Shown here: piece after piece, positions 48,112 to 64,000 of the stretch
Numbering within the stretch: the stretch's first letter is position 1
Layout of the letters: each line of letters starts with the position of its first letter
DNA from: the human T2T-CHM13v2.0 reference genome, Homo sapiens
NCBI RefSeq assembly: GCF_009914755.1
Contig: NC_060947.1
Reading direction: 5' to 3' (one strand)
Length of the DNA stretch: 64,000 nucleotides
Notes under the pieces: model-generated
The model's input: the letters and a program-made list of their open reading frames with translations, nothing else
Told to the model about the DNA's origin: nothing
Databases searched by the model: none
Position numbers and translations under genes: made by a program

Positions 48112-49980
48112 TTAACTTCACAATCTATTAAATGGGAATAACAAAACCCACTGTGGTATCTCAAGTTAGGTAACACTGCCCAGGTGCCTAGATACTATGA
48201 CATACAAACTGGCCCACGTGGCTCATTACCCAATACTTCTTGCTCATCAGCATACTCAGCCACTTGCAGGCCAATCTTTCCTTGCTCCTGCACTGTAACA
48301 ACTCAACTCTAAATTAATCCTTCAGTATGCCTTCCTACCCCTAAATGTGGGATGTCACACATTAGTCTTTCAAAATGAGAGTTATGAGCAAAGTCACAGA
48401 CTCACTCTATCTCTTTAAATTCTCAATGTCCTCAGCTTCAATGACATTGCAGCTCAGGGACCTAGGCCCTGCCCACCATTCCAATCTCATCTCCAGTGAC
48501 TGCTCACCTGTTTAATGCCCCTACAATGCAAAAGTACTCTTATTTCACATACATATCATGCTATTTCATGATTGCATGACTTTGCCTATATTAATCGCTC
48601 CACCCAAAATGACCTTGTCTATCTGCTTTGCCTGACTAAACTCTTACTTATTCTACAAACTGCAGTTCAGCTTCCACTTCCTCAAAAATCCTTCTTCAAA
48701 CCAACACATTGCCCACTATGTGCTTTGCACGTAATATTAAAATGTCCTGTTTTTATGTTTAATTTCACCACTTGACTAGGAAGTCTTCAAAGACATGAAC
48801 AGTGTTTTATTCATCTTTATACCTCCAGTATCTTGCAAATACTTAGTGCTCAATGAATGTTTATGAACTACTTTATCATCCTTACCACTTTTCTGATGAG
48901 GAAACTAAGACTGAGTAACATTAGGCAATTTACTCAAGGTCAAAAGCTACCAGATCACAGAGCTAAAATTTAAACACAGGTCTGAAGATTCAGAATGCAG
49001 TACTCCTTCTTCTGACCACAAATTCCTAACAGGGAAGGGATGAAGATCTAATAAATTATCATTTGAGAAGATGATCAGAAAATTGACCATGAAAACACAG
49101 ATGAGAGCTGACAGGCTAAAGTAGTGGGACCAACGCTATAGTAAGTGCCATAGTCAGAAAGATGGCCAATTCCTGCATCTTCAACTTGGTCTCACTTCCT
49201 ACACAAATTGGGGGCACTGACTTCACATAGCTGCTAGGAGGGTAAATGAGGAGCATGAATATGACAGAAGGGTCTAGCTCAGTGTCCGGCACACAGCAGG
49301 TATTCAAGAAATAGTGGCTTTTGTAGTGTTCTTATTATTATGGTATCATTTATTTGTAAAATTTATAATTGTAAAATACAAACTAGTATTAAGAAGTGAA
49401 ACAGAGAACTGACAGGAAGAAATCACTTCCAACTCCAATTTGGGGAAATCCAAGTAACCCCCACCACCTCCCTCTGCCTTGTGAGTAACTAAGTTCTTCT
49501 TTCCATTCCATAAGGAATACCACATCAAAAATGCTCAGGCCACCACCATTGCAGTTTTGCAAGCAGCTACTCAATGAAAAGAGAAGAGGGAAAGAAAAAC
49601 TAAAAGGAGGGCTTGCTGGCATCTGTCAGGAGGATATGAAAGTGGTATCTGCTGACTCTGTCTTGGAGTTTGCAATAAGCACCTCTGAGCAGCCTCAGAG
49701 AAAGTGCCTAAATGAAATTACTGCCTACAAAAGGAGCTTTCCTCTCCGGTATTTGAAAAGTAATGTGTGTAGAAAAATAAAAGAAAGAGACTGCAGGCCA
49801 GTGTTGCTTATAAGCACTTCCTAGTCAGATTAATCAGCTAAGTTCTGACTGACTTGGAACAAATCAGTGCTAAAACACAGGATGAATTTATTGGAACCAC
49901 ACTGAAAGGTGCTTTGGCAACTGGCGGACTGGAAACTGAGGAGGGTTTTGAATGAGTAACTGGCCCATGATAAAAGCACA

Positions 49981-50370
<390 letters not shown>

Positions 50371-50765
50371 TTAAAGCAGGGAGCTAAATCTTGTGGTTAA
50401 AAGACCACTCTCACTCCAAAAAAATTTCAGTAGCCTGAAAGCACATTTCCATCCTCTCTAATTCAACATGAGCAAGCCACACAAGAGAGATCTTCCATGA
50501 AAAGGATCAGCAAGGGAGAGAAACTGTCCCAATTTTTCTCCAAATTCCTCCCTACCTAAATTGGGTCTTCATGTACTACTTTCAGTGCTAACAAATAACC
50601 CTTGAAGCACTTCCAACAAACAATTTGTAAAGAGTGCAAATGCTTAAAAATCATGCACTAAGACCCTGTCTGAGAGCCAGTTAAAGGGGAAAGAGGCACA
50701 TTGAACTACTTTTAGAATATAAACAATCTGTCTAAAGATCAGCTTTTATCTTAAGGAACCCCCAT

Positions 50766-50779
50766 GTGTGTATCTGTGT

Positions 50780-50819
<40 letters not shown>
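50766..50819. repeat. (TG)n microsatellite
   Basis: Interrupted and then pure TG run. Confidence 0.95.
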
Positions 50820-50822
<3 letters not shown>

Positions 50823-51266
50823 TAAAAGATCAGGTTCTTCCAGGTAAGTAAACTATTTTTTTCAGTGTGTTAAATTTATCTTGTCATTTTCAGGAGTGAG
50901 AGAAGGTTTGGAGGGCAGAAAAAGAGAGATTAACTGCTTAAAGATATTTGAGTAGTACATAGAATGTGAGTATCGGTTATTCCAACTGTGGGCCATAAAC
51001 ACACTCCTGTAAAAAAGGAATTTTGGAATTCAATTCATATTTTTAAAACTTGCTATTTTAAAGAATCCAAGAGTAGAGCATTCTTAAAAGTAATTCATCC
51101 ATATTTTTACATAGTTGACTGTACAATGTGACTGGCACTTGTAAAAATAACTGGTTTGAAAGACTACCGGCACTTTCAAAAGGCTTGCTCTAATCAACAG
51201 AGAAATTTTTCACTCAACTCAGTGCTATCTGACTCAAACTTAGGCCAAGGTGTACATATAAAGTCA

Positions 51267-51521
<255 letters not shown>

Positions 51522-51630
51522 TTAGCTGTATAGGAAGTCAACCCTAAGATGGAAGCTATTTACACATTGCTCTTCAGAGTCAAACTTCAGATCCAGCCCT
51601 GCCCTTGCCCTGACCGCCCTCCTTCCATAG

Positions 51631-52218
<588 letters not shown>

Positions 52219-52794
52219 ATGAGCCACAGCGCTGGGCCCAGTGTCTTATTTTGTATTTATATTTTATGAAACATATTTTTAAAAAACAAAAATTTACTAT
52301 CTCACCAATTAATTATTTCATTGGCCTTCTCTGATTTCCCTATTGTCCCCATCTCTGATCACTCCACTCCAATTCATTCTCCACTCTTTTCCTAGATTAT
52401 TTTTAAAATATATCTCTATTTTTATCATTCCCCTCATTAAAAACCATCCACGGCTTTCCCACTATCTCCACACTCCTTAGCCTGCCTACAATGCCCTTGA
52501 TAACATGATCAAAACTTACCTTTCTAGCTTTTTCTTTTGGCACCTCACCTCTATGTTCCTGTCTCAATGAATTACTTTTAGTTCCCACATAAAGAGGTAG
52601 CCATATAATTTCTAGTCCAAATCCAAGACTTATTTAAGACTGAATGAGGCAGTATTATTAATAATTACATCAGGACAACAGGGGTAAAGCAGGACTATTC
52701 TTGGCAAACAAGGGCCCTACAAATCAACTATGTCTATCCACAACCCTGCCTTTACTCATGCAGTGGTATATACCTGGAATTCCCTTCCTCCTTT

Positions 52795-53197
52795 TCCTTC
52801 TTTCTTTCTCTCTCTTTCTTTCTTTCCTTTCTTTCCTTTCTTTCTTTCCTTTTTCTTTCCTTTCTTTCTTTTCTTTTCTTTCTTTCATTCTTTCTTTCTT
52901 TCTTTTATTCATTTTTGAGACAGAGTCTCACTCTGTCACCCAGGCTGGAGTGTAATGGCACCATCTCGGCTGAGTAAAATCTCCACCTCCCAGGTTCAAG
53001 TCATTCCCCTGCCTCAGCCTCCCAAGTAGCTAGGATTACAGGCAAGCATCACCACATCCAGCTAATTTTTGTATTTTTAGTAGAGACGGGGTTTCACCAT
53101 GTTGGCCAGGCTGGTCTCAAACTCCTGACCTCCAGTGATCTGCCGTCTCAGCCTCCCAAAGTGCTGGGATTACAGGCATGAGCCACTGTGCCCGGCC
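52795..53197 (-). mobile_element. AluS with expanded (CTTT)n tail
   Basis: Full dimer at 52915-53197 plus a CT-rich tail. Confidence 0.93.
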
Positions 53198-53531
53198 ATT
53201 CCTCCTTTTCTTTACCTATCAAACTCCCACTCATCATTCAAGTTCTAGTTCAAATATCACTTTCTTTGTGAAGCCTTTAGATATATGCCCCAAATACAGT
53301 TATCACCACATTTCATTATAATTATTGATATACTTGTCTATCTCTCCCATCACTTTACACTTCTTGGTGAAAGAAATCATGGTTGATTCAGTTTTTCAAG
53401 GGTGTCCCCAATGCATTGCACAGTATCTGGCAGAAACAGTGCTCATTAAGCATACATTCAACTGAGTAGCAATGTTATGCCCATATGACAAATCAGAATA
53501 CTGAAGCACAGAAGGATCACACAGCATACAG

Positions 53532-53743
53532 CAGTGGTTCTCAACTAGGGGTAATTTGGCCTCCCAGGGGACATGTGGCAATACATTAGAGACATTTTAG
53601 GTTGTCACACCTGGAGATTACTATGAGCACAAAGTGAGGAGGCCAGGGATGCTTCTAAATATACTATAATACACAGGACCACTTCCCAGAACTAAAAATT
53701 ATCCAGCCTGAAATGTCAACAGCACTGAGATCGAGAAATTGTG
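53532..53743 (+). mobile_element. MER20 hAT element
   Basis: cagtggttctcaac...ccaggggacatgtggcaat...gaggccagggatgct...aaatgtcaacagcactgag. Confidence 0.85.
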
Positions 53744-54177
53744 CGACACACAGTTGAAGAGATGAACCTGACAAGTGGGAGAACACATCTTTGAAAATCA
53801 TCACAAGTAAACTGCTCTATGCAAAGAAAAGTGTGATAATTTCACTACCGTAGTGTCATGCTTTTTGAATTACAGTGATTTTTGCTACTGGCAGCCTCTG
53901 GGTGTGTGTCCTCTGTTTATTCCCCAGATATAATAACTCTGGGCAAAAACTGAATAACAGGTTTGGGGAGTATTGGGTCATAGTTCAAAGGGCAAATAAA
54001 ATCAAATCACACATACAGGTGTGCATAATGTTACTGAGGAATTAGGAAAGATTGAATGCTCTGCAACATTCAGTGACTAAACAAGTTAACCCACTTTACT
54101 TAGTCACCAATGAAAAACAGATACTGTCTTTCCCACTGGAATCATGATGTTCACTAAGTGCTATAAGAGCATCCATG

Positions 54178-54406
<229 letters not shown>

Positions 54407-54959
54407 CTAATGCAGACGAAGACATAGGGTACTATAGTAGGATCATGGGCTTTGGCATTTCATAGACCTGAATTTAATTTTAGTCCTGACACTTGTTAGT
54501 TGGGTGACTTTCAAATGGTGACGTCTCTGAGCCTTAGTGGCCTTATGTGTATGGGTATAAATTGGTTGCAAAGATTAAATGAGGCAGTGTTTTAAATGAA
54601 CTTAGCACCATGTCTGGTACATAATAAGTATAAGAAATATTATTTTTCTACTTCCTTTCCTCTACTTCCCTTTTTTCCAAAAGAATAATCAGAAGGATTA
54701 AAGAACAAATAATACCCATTTTGAATCTCAGAGAAAACCTTAGGTCTTATCACTACACAGCCTTTGTAAGACAAATCTTTAACTTCCTCTCAGTTTCTCC
54801 TTTTTTTTTTTTGTTTTCAGTATTCCCTGCCTGCGTTCCAAGGGAATTTTAGCTATCAGGGGTCTATGAACAGTAAGGGTGCCCAAAATTCACAGCCGAC
54901 AAGTGGCAGTAGTTCCTGGCTTATTGAAACCCAATGGATACCCCTATGTCCCCACACAC

Positions 54960-55089
54960 ATTTCTCTTGTGTATAGAGATAGCCTTCAATAGTTGGCTGT
55001 CCTGGAAGTTTGCATGTCTGGGGAGCTTCTTTCATCCTTTTCTTAAGTTCTTCCATCTCTTCCCGGGTACTGGAGAAATGATTTCTTGT
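54960..55089 (-). CDS. OPHN1: OPHN1 coding exon (ref. exon 9), BAR-PH junction, 130 nt, phase 0-1
   Basis: gacag|[43 protein letters not shown]+T|gtgtgt; partly visible in ORF 54856..55056. Confidence 0.96.
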
Positions 55090-56868
55090 CTGTCAAGACA
55101 TCATCATGAAAATCATTATTATCATCATCATTATCATGAAAAAGTATTTCTTGGTCAGAGACTCAGTACAAAGTTTTCCCTGCTTACAGCATGTGCAACC
55201 ACAAAGCAAAAAAAGAAATGGTGAATGGCATAGTGAATGGAAAACAAGTTTATAGAGTCTAACGGTCCTAAAGACTGCATAGGAAACAAAAATATAACGA
55301 GCAATATACTCATAAAATAACAACTGGGAGGCTTTTTACTAATACGAATCACATAAGGCCCTAATAAATAAGCAATCTTAGAATTCTGAACATGACTGAT
55401 ACCCTGCTTTACAACAAGGGAGATGGCAGACAAGGTTCCCAAAGGTAGCATTCTCATAGCAACTTCCAAATTGTGTCTCAAAGTTACAGCCTAGTTGATA
55501 CTGAATCAAATTCTGGCCAAGAACATAAAATATACGAGAGGGTGCTCTCTTGGGAGAAGGGCCAACAGTAGCTATGTTTTCATACTCACAAATACCAAAA
55601 CCTAATGATGAGAATAAATCTATTTAAATCTACACAACTAAAACACAATGGTAAGACATGTGTTGAAATGTGGGTATGAAAATCACTACAGATAAGTTTT
55701 TAGTACCCAGTCTTAAAATTATGACATGATGTTAGTGAGAAAGGTGATCTGTGCTGCCCATCTAGTTGGCTCATGTTTATCCTGTAAATAAGTCACCCAT
55801 ATGTACACATTCAAAGGCTTATTGTTACATTTGTACATATCAAGTAATATATAGAGGAAGATTCATGGGATTAACTTGGTTGTAGTAGGAAGATGTTGTA
55901 AATCAGGAAATTCTGGAGAATGTGAGAGCCCCTAGTTCCTTTCTGCAAGGAGAGTATATAGAAAGAAAAAATAATAACAACAACTGTAAATCCCAATCCT
56001 CCTAAACAACCAAGGGGGGCTTATTTTCACTATAACTTACCAGCATTTTTCATCTAAAACTACATCTATATATTTCATGCAATTTAACACCCATTCTAAA
56101 GTCACCAACTCAGTAATGCCTTCTCTGACTCTACCAGGTAGCCAAATGCTCTGAACTTTTTAAAAACCTTTGGCCTTGATTCTATTATAGCACTTATCAT
56201 AATGGATTATAATTTATCTCTGTTTATTTGTCTCCTACAAGAAACTGTATGTTCCTTCAAGACAGAAAAACTTGCATGCATCTTCATGGCATGTCCAGTG
56301 CCTTTCACATGCCTGGCACAGAGCTTATGTTCATTTTTTCCATAAACATTTGTTTAATGTGGGTTGAATAAAGGAACATGTAAAGGAATATATGTGAAAA
56401 GGATGGGAACACTATGCCTACATGCCCATCTGTAAGAACCAGCATGACAAAGAAGGTAGAGAAAACCTTTAAAAGTAATTTATGTGACTCTACTAATAAG
56501 TACTGAGAAAAGAAAGAGAAGATAAAATGAGTGTTTGTGGTAATAAAGTCTACAGTGAGAGTGTTTTGACTGAGCAGGGAAGTAGCTTAAGGCCTGGGCT
56601 CAAATAAGCCTATAGCTATGTCCTGATCTGAGAGAGATGCAGCAAATTAGCAATACTTAATAAATATTGCATAGATGAAGGTGTTGGTGTGTGGAAGGGT
56701 GGGTTTGAACAGCAGTCAGCCTCAAAAACAGGAAAGATGTGAAAGTGGAAGAGCAAGAACAGTCTGATATACTAAATGTTTGTGATCCACACCAGTATAT
56801 TCTAACAAATTGGCTAGGATGCAGTAACCTAGAATTCCAAGAATCAAGGTCGCTAGGGCTGAAATTCA

Positions 56869-57018
<150 letters not shown>

Positions 57019-57062
57019 CTAGGGAAAACATGTAAAAATAACTTTATCACCAGCATCTTCTA

Positions 57063-57464
<402 letters not shown>

Positions 57465-57892
57465 TCAAACACAAACCAGTCTACACATCACTGTTTTCAT
57501 ATCAGGTTGAACATTTACCCTTGACTCAGCTTCAGAAAAAAAGAACTATTAACAAATTTATTAACCCTGAGCTTGCTCAGATCTCATATAAAGACATTCA
57601 TCATTTGAACAGTATGTAAATGAACTGCATCTTTCCTCTATATATCCTCAGCAACCACAAACAATAGGTGCTCAATAAATATTTCTTGAATGAATGAAAG
57701 TAAATAGATAAATGAATAAAGCAAGATTTTCTACCTAACTTTAATGAAGACTGTCATAATGCTAAAAGATCAAAGGAGTCTAAACCAACTTTAAAATTAG
57801 AAATGTTTCACAGGGTTGCAGAAAAAGACATATAAATGATACACAACATATATTGGTGTAAATTTTCAACCCCATTAAAAATCAAATACACG

Positions 57893-58170
57893 GGCTGGGT
57901 ATGGTAGCTCATGCCTGTAATCCTGGCACTTTGGGAAGCCAAGGCAGGGGGATCACTTGGGCCCGGGAGTTGGAGACCAGCCTGGGCAACATGGTGAAAC
58001 CTTATCTCTACAAAAACATACAAAATATTAGCTCGGTATGGAGGCATGCACCTGTAGTCCCAGTTACTCAGGAGGCTGAGGTGGGAGGATCACTTGAGCC
58101 CAGGAGACAGAGGTTGTAGATAGCACCACTGCACTCCAGTTTGGGTGACAGTGAGACCCTGTCTCAAACA
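57893..58170 (+). mobile_element. AluJ
   Basis: Diverged dimer. Confidence 0.9.
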
Positions 58171-58652
58171 AATATATGGAAATGGAAAAATCTACACAAA
58201 ACGAAGTAAATGGAATGAAAAAACGTGAAATGGGAAAAAACTACACAAGACAGAAGTAAAAGTAGTAGAATGAGAAGTCACTGACTGCAAGAGACATGAG
58301 TCCCTAGCATAGTATCTGGTATATGAGAAAGACTTTCAGAAGCTTCTGAAAGCGCAAGAAGAAGGAAGGGAGGGAAACAAAGTAACAGGAAGAGTTGTAG
58401 AGAAATTCCGGAAGGGGGGAGGAAAGAGAAAGGAAAAAAAGGAAAGAGAAAGAAAATAGCCATAGAAAAAGAGAGAAAAGGGTTGGGGGGAAAGAGAGAA
58501 AAAAAGTATACTAAAGAACAAGAAAAACGTAAGTTAGACTACGTTCTAGACATTTCCACTGATTATCCTTCACGTTCTTTGGGATTCTGTTTTTATGATC
58601 AAAGTTTGTACATTTACCAGGCATTTGATAAATATTTTTAGACCATTCATCA

Positions 58653-58817
<165 letters not shown>

Positions 58818-58954
58818 TCATTCATGAAAGTCAGTACTTAAGGATTGAACAGAATGCTAGAGCTAGATGAGCATTTAGCCACCAACTAGTGATGTTACCT
58901 TTTATTTTAGAAATAGAGAACCTAAAGCCAAGAGATAAAAAAGTGACTGATACA

Positions 58955-61721
<2,767 letters not shown>

Positions 61722-62627
61722 GGGGAGGAGCCAAGATGGCCGAATAGGAACAGCTCCGGTCTACAGCTCCCAGCGTGAGCGACGCAGAAGACGGGTGACT
61801 TCTGCATTTCCATCTGACATACCGGGTTCATCTCACTAGGGAGTGCCAGACATTGGGCGCAGGTCAGTGGGTGCGCGCACCGTGCGCGAGCCGAAGCAGG
61901 GCGAGACATTGCCTCACTTGGGAAGCGCAAGGGGTCAGCGAGTTCTCTTTCTGAGTCAAAGAAAGGGGTGACGGATGGCACCTGGAAAATCGGGTCACTC
62001 CCACCCGAATACTGCGCTTTTCCGACGGGCTTAAAAAACGGAGCACCACGAGATTATATCCCGCACCTGGCTCGGAGGATCCTACGCCCACGCAGTCTCG
62101 CTGATTGCTAGCACAGCAGTCTGAGATCAAACTGCAAGGCGGCAGCGAGGCTGGGGGAGGGGCGCCCGCCATTGCCCAGGCTTGCGTAGGTAAACAAAGC
62201 AGCCAGGAAGCTCGAACTGGGTGGAGCCCACCACAGCTCAAGGAGGCCTGCCTGCCTCTGTAGGCTTCATCTCTGGGGGCAGGGCACAGACAAACAAAAA
62301 GACAGCAGTAACCTCTGCAGACTTAAATGTCCCTGTCTGACAGCTTTGAAGAGGGCAGTGGTTCTCCCAGCACGCAGCTGGAGATCTGAGAACGGGCAGA
62401 CTGCCTCCTCAAGTGGGTCCCTGACCCCTGACCCCCAAGCAGCCTAACTGGGAGGCACCCCCCAGCAGGGACATACTGACACCTCACACGGCAGGGTACT
62501 CCAACAGACCTGCAGCTGAGGGTCCTCTCTGTTAGAAGGAAAACTAACAAACAGAAAGGACATCCACACCAAAAACCCATCTGTACATCACCATCATCAA
62601 ACACCAAAAGTAGATAAAACCACAAAG
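61722..62627. promoter_or_regulatory. L1 5'UTR with sense promoter (YY1 site CAAGATGGCC at 61732-61741) and antisense promoter
   Basis: Sequence match to the L1 5'UTR; the only CpG-dense stretch in the window. Promoter activity of this copy is not shown. Confidence 0.8.
61864..62172 (-). CDS. L1 ORF0 homolog (antisense ORF), 102 aa
   Basis: MAGAPPPASLPPCSLISDCCASNQRD... within ORF 61864..62241; translation at this locus is unknown. Confidence 0.6.
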   Translation of the reverse strand: MAGAPPPASLPPCSLISDCCASNQRDCVGVGSSEPGAGYNLVVLRFLSPSEKRSIRVGVTRFSRCHPSPLSLTQKENSLTPCASQVRQCLALLRLAHGARTH

Positions 62628-63637
62628 ATGGGGAAAAAACAGAACAGAAAAACTCTAAAAAGCAGAGCACCTCTCCTCCTCCAAAGGAACACAGTTCCTC
62701 ACCAGCAACGGAACAAAGCTGGATGGAGAATGACTTTGACGAGCTGAGAGAAGAAGGCTTCAGATGATCAAATTACTCTGAGCTACGGGAGGACATTCAA
62801 ACCAAAGGCAAAGAAGTTGAAAACTTTGAAAAAAATTTAGAAGAATGTATAACTAGAATAACCAATACAGAGAAGTGCTTAAAGGAGCTGATGGAGCTGA
62901 AAACCAAGGCTCGAGAACTACGTGAAGAATGCAGAAGCCTCAGGAGCCGATGCGATCAACTGGAAGAAAGGGTATCAGCGATGGAAGATGAAATGAATGA
63001 AATGAAGTGAGAAGGGAAGTTTAGAGAAAAAAGAATAAAAAGAAATGAGCAAAGCCTCCAAGAAATATGGGACTATGGGAAAAGACCAAATCTATGTCTG
63101 ATTGGCGTACCTGAAAGGGATGGGGAGAATGGAACCAAGTTGGAAAACACTCTGCAGGATATTATCCAGGAGAACATCCCCAATCTAGCAAGGCAGGCCA
63201 ACGTTCAGATTCAGGAAATACAGAGAACGCCACAAAGATACTCCTTGAAAAGAGCGACTCCAAGACACATAATTGTCAGATTCACCAAAGTTGAAATGAA
63301 GGAAAAAATGTTAAGGGCAACCAGAGAGAAAGGTGGGGTTACCCTCAAAGGGAAGCCCATCAGACTAACAGCGGATCTTTCGGCAGAAACCCTACAAGCC
63401 AGAAGAGAGTGGGGGCCAATATTCAACATTCTTAAAGAAAAGAATTCTCAACCCAGAATTTCATATCCAGCCAAACTAAGCTTCATAAGTGAAGGAGAAA
63501 TAAAATACTTTACAGACAAGCAAATGCTGAGAGATTTTGTCACCACCAGGCCTGCCTTACAAGAGCTCCTGAAGGAAGCACTAAACATGGAAAGGAACAA
63601 CTGGTACCAGCCGCTGCAAAATCATGCCAAAATGTAA
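62628..63637 (+). pseudogene. L1 ORF1, disabled
   Basis: ATG at 62628; 7-bp deletion after codon 9 relative to the recalled consensus; CGA>TGA changes near 62767 and 63008; C-terminal part is ORF 63140..63637. Confidence 0.88.
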
Positions 63638-63700
63638 AGACCATCGAGACTAGGAAGAAACTCCATCAACTAACGAGCAAAATAACCAGCTAACATCATA

Positions 63701-64000
63701 ATGACAGGATCAAATTCACACATAACAATATTAACTTTAAATGTAAATGGACTAAATGCTCCAATTAAAAGACACAGACTGGCAAATTGGATTAAGAGTC
63801 AAGACCCATCAGTGTGCTGTATTCAGGAAACCCATCTCACGTGCAGAGACACACATAGGCTCAAAATAAAAGGATGGAGGAAGATCTACCAAGCAAATGG
63901 AAAACAAAAAAAGGCAGGGGTTGCAATCCTAGTCTCTGATAAAACAGACTTTAAACCAACAAAGATCAAAAGAGACAAAGAAGGCCATTACATAACGGTA
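63701..64000 (+). CDS. L1 ORF2 endonuclease N-terminus (100 open codons, truncated by the window edge)
   Basis: MTGSNSHITILTLNVNGLNAPIKRHRLANWIKSQDPSVCCIQETHL... Confidence 0.8.
   Translation, partial: MTGSNSHITILTLNVNGLNAPIKRHRLANWIKSQDPSVCCIQETHLTCRDTHRLKIKGWRKIYQANGKQKKAGVAILVSDKTDFKPTKIKRDKEGHYITV

Larger units (their letters stand above)
61722..64000 (+). mobile_element. L1PA3/PA2-type element with complete 5' end; runs off the window
   Basis: Starts GGGGAGGAGCCAAGATGGCCGAATAGG; 906-bp CpG-rich 5'UTR, then ORF1 and the ORF2 start. Confidence 0.96.

Noticed and set aside
54950-54960. U12-type intron to explain the odd exon 9 donor
   Set aside because: GTGTGTGG does not match the U12 donor RTATCCTT.
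55095-55170. C/D-box snoRNA suggested by ATGATGA motifs on the gene strand
   Set aside because: The nearby CTGA motifs lie upstream of the C-like boxes (wrong order) and the region directly abuts the exon.

Overview
This is human (or great-ape) genomic DNA, not microbial. The window lies wholly inside OPHN1 (oligophrenin-1, an X-linked BAR-PH-RhoGAP gene), which is transcribed on the minus strand. Nine consecutive GT-AG coding exons (58778 to 37727; 111+105+130+101+92+79+34+63+75 = 790 nt) splice into one open frame. They encode the C-terminal BAR region, the PH domain and the start of the RhoGAP domain, including the GLYRTVG arginine finger. Exon numbers 7-15 and residue numbers are from my recollection of the reference. 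Bases 1-37726 are a single very long intron. The rest is mostly repeats: about 22 Alus, old L1M and young L1PA elements, MaLR/ERV LTRs, Tigger1, MER85, MER20, MER33, MIR/L2 and microsatellites. Almost all ORF-track entries are repeat-derived noise. I see no evidence of a genuinely new gene or system. The best leads are regulatory hypotheses: (1) an L1PA3-type 5'UTR whose antisense promoter and intact ORF0 point into OPHN1 exon 7; (2) an exon 9 with unusually weak splice sites next to inverted Alus; (3) a complete MER85 carrying the CSB-PGBD3 palindrome; (4) an unexplained 104-bp diverged direct repeat; (5) three co-oriented CTCF-like motifs. Repeat subfamily names and boundaries were judged by eye and are approximate unless a target-site duplication (TSD) is quoted.
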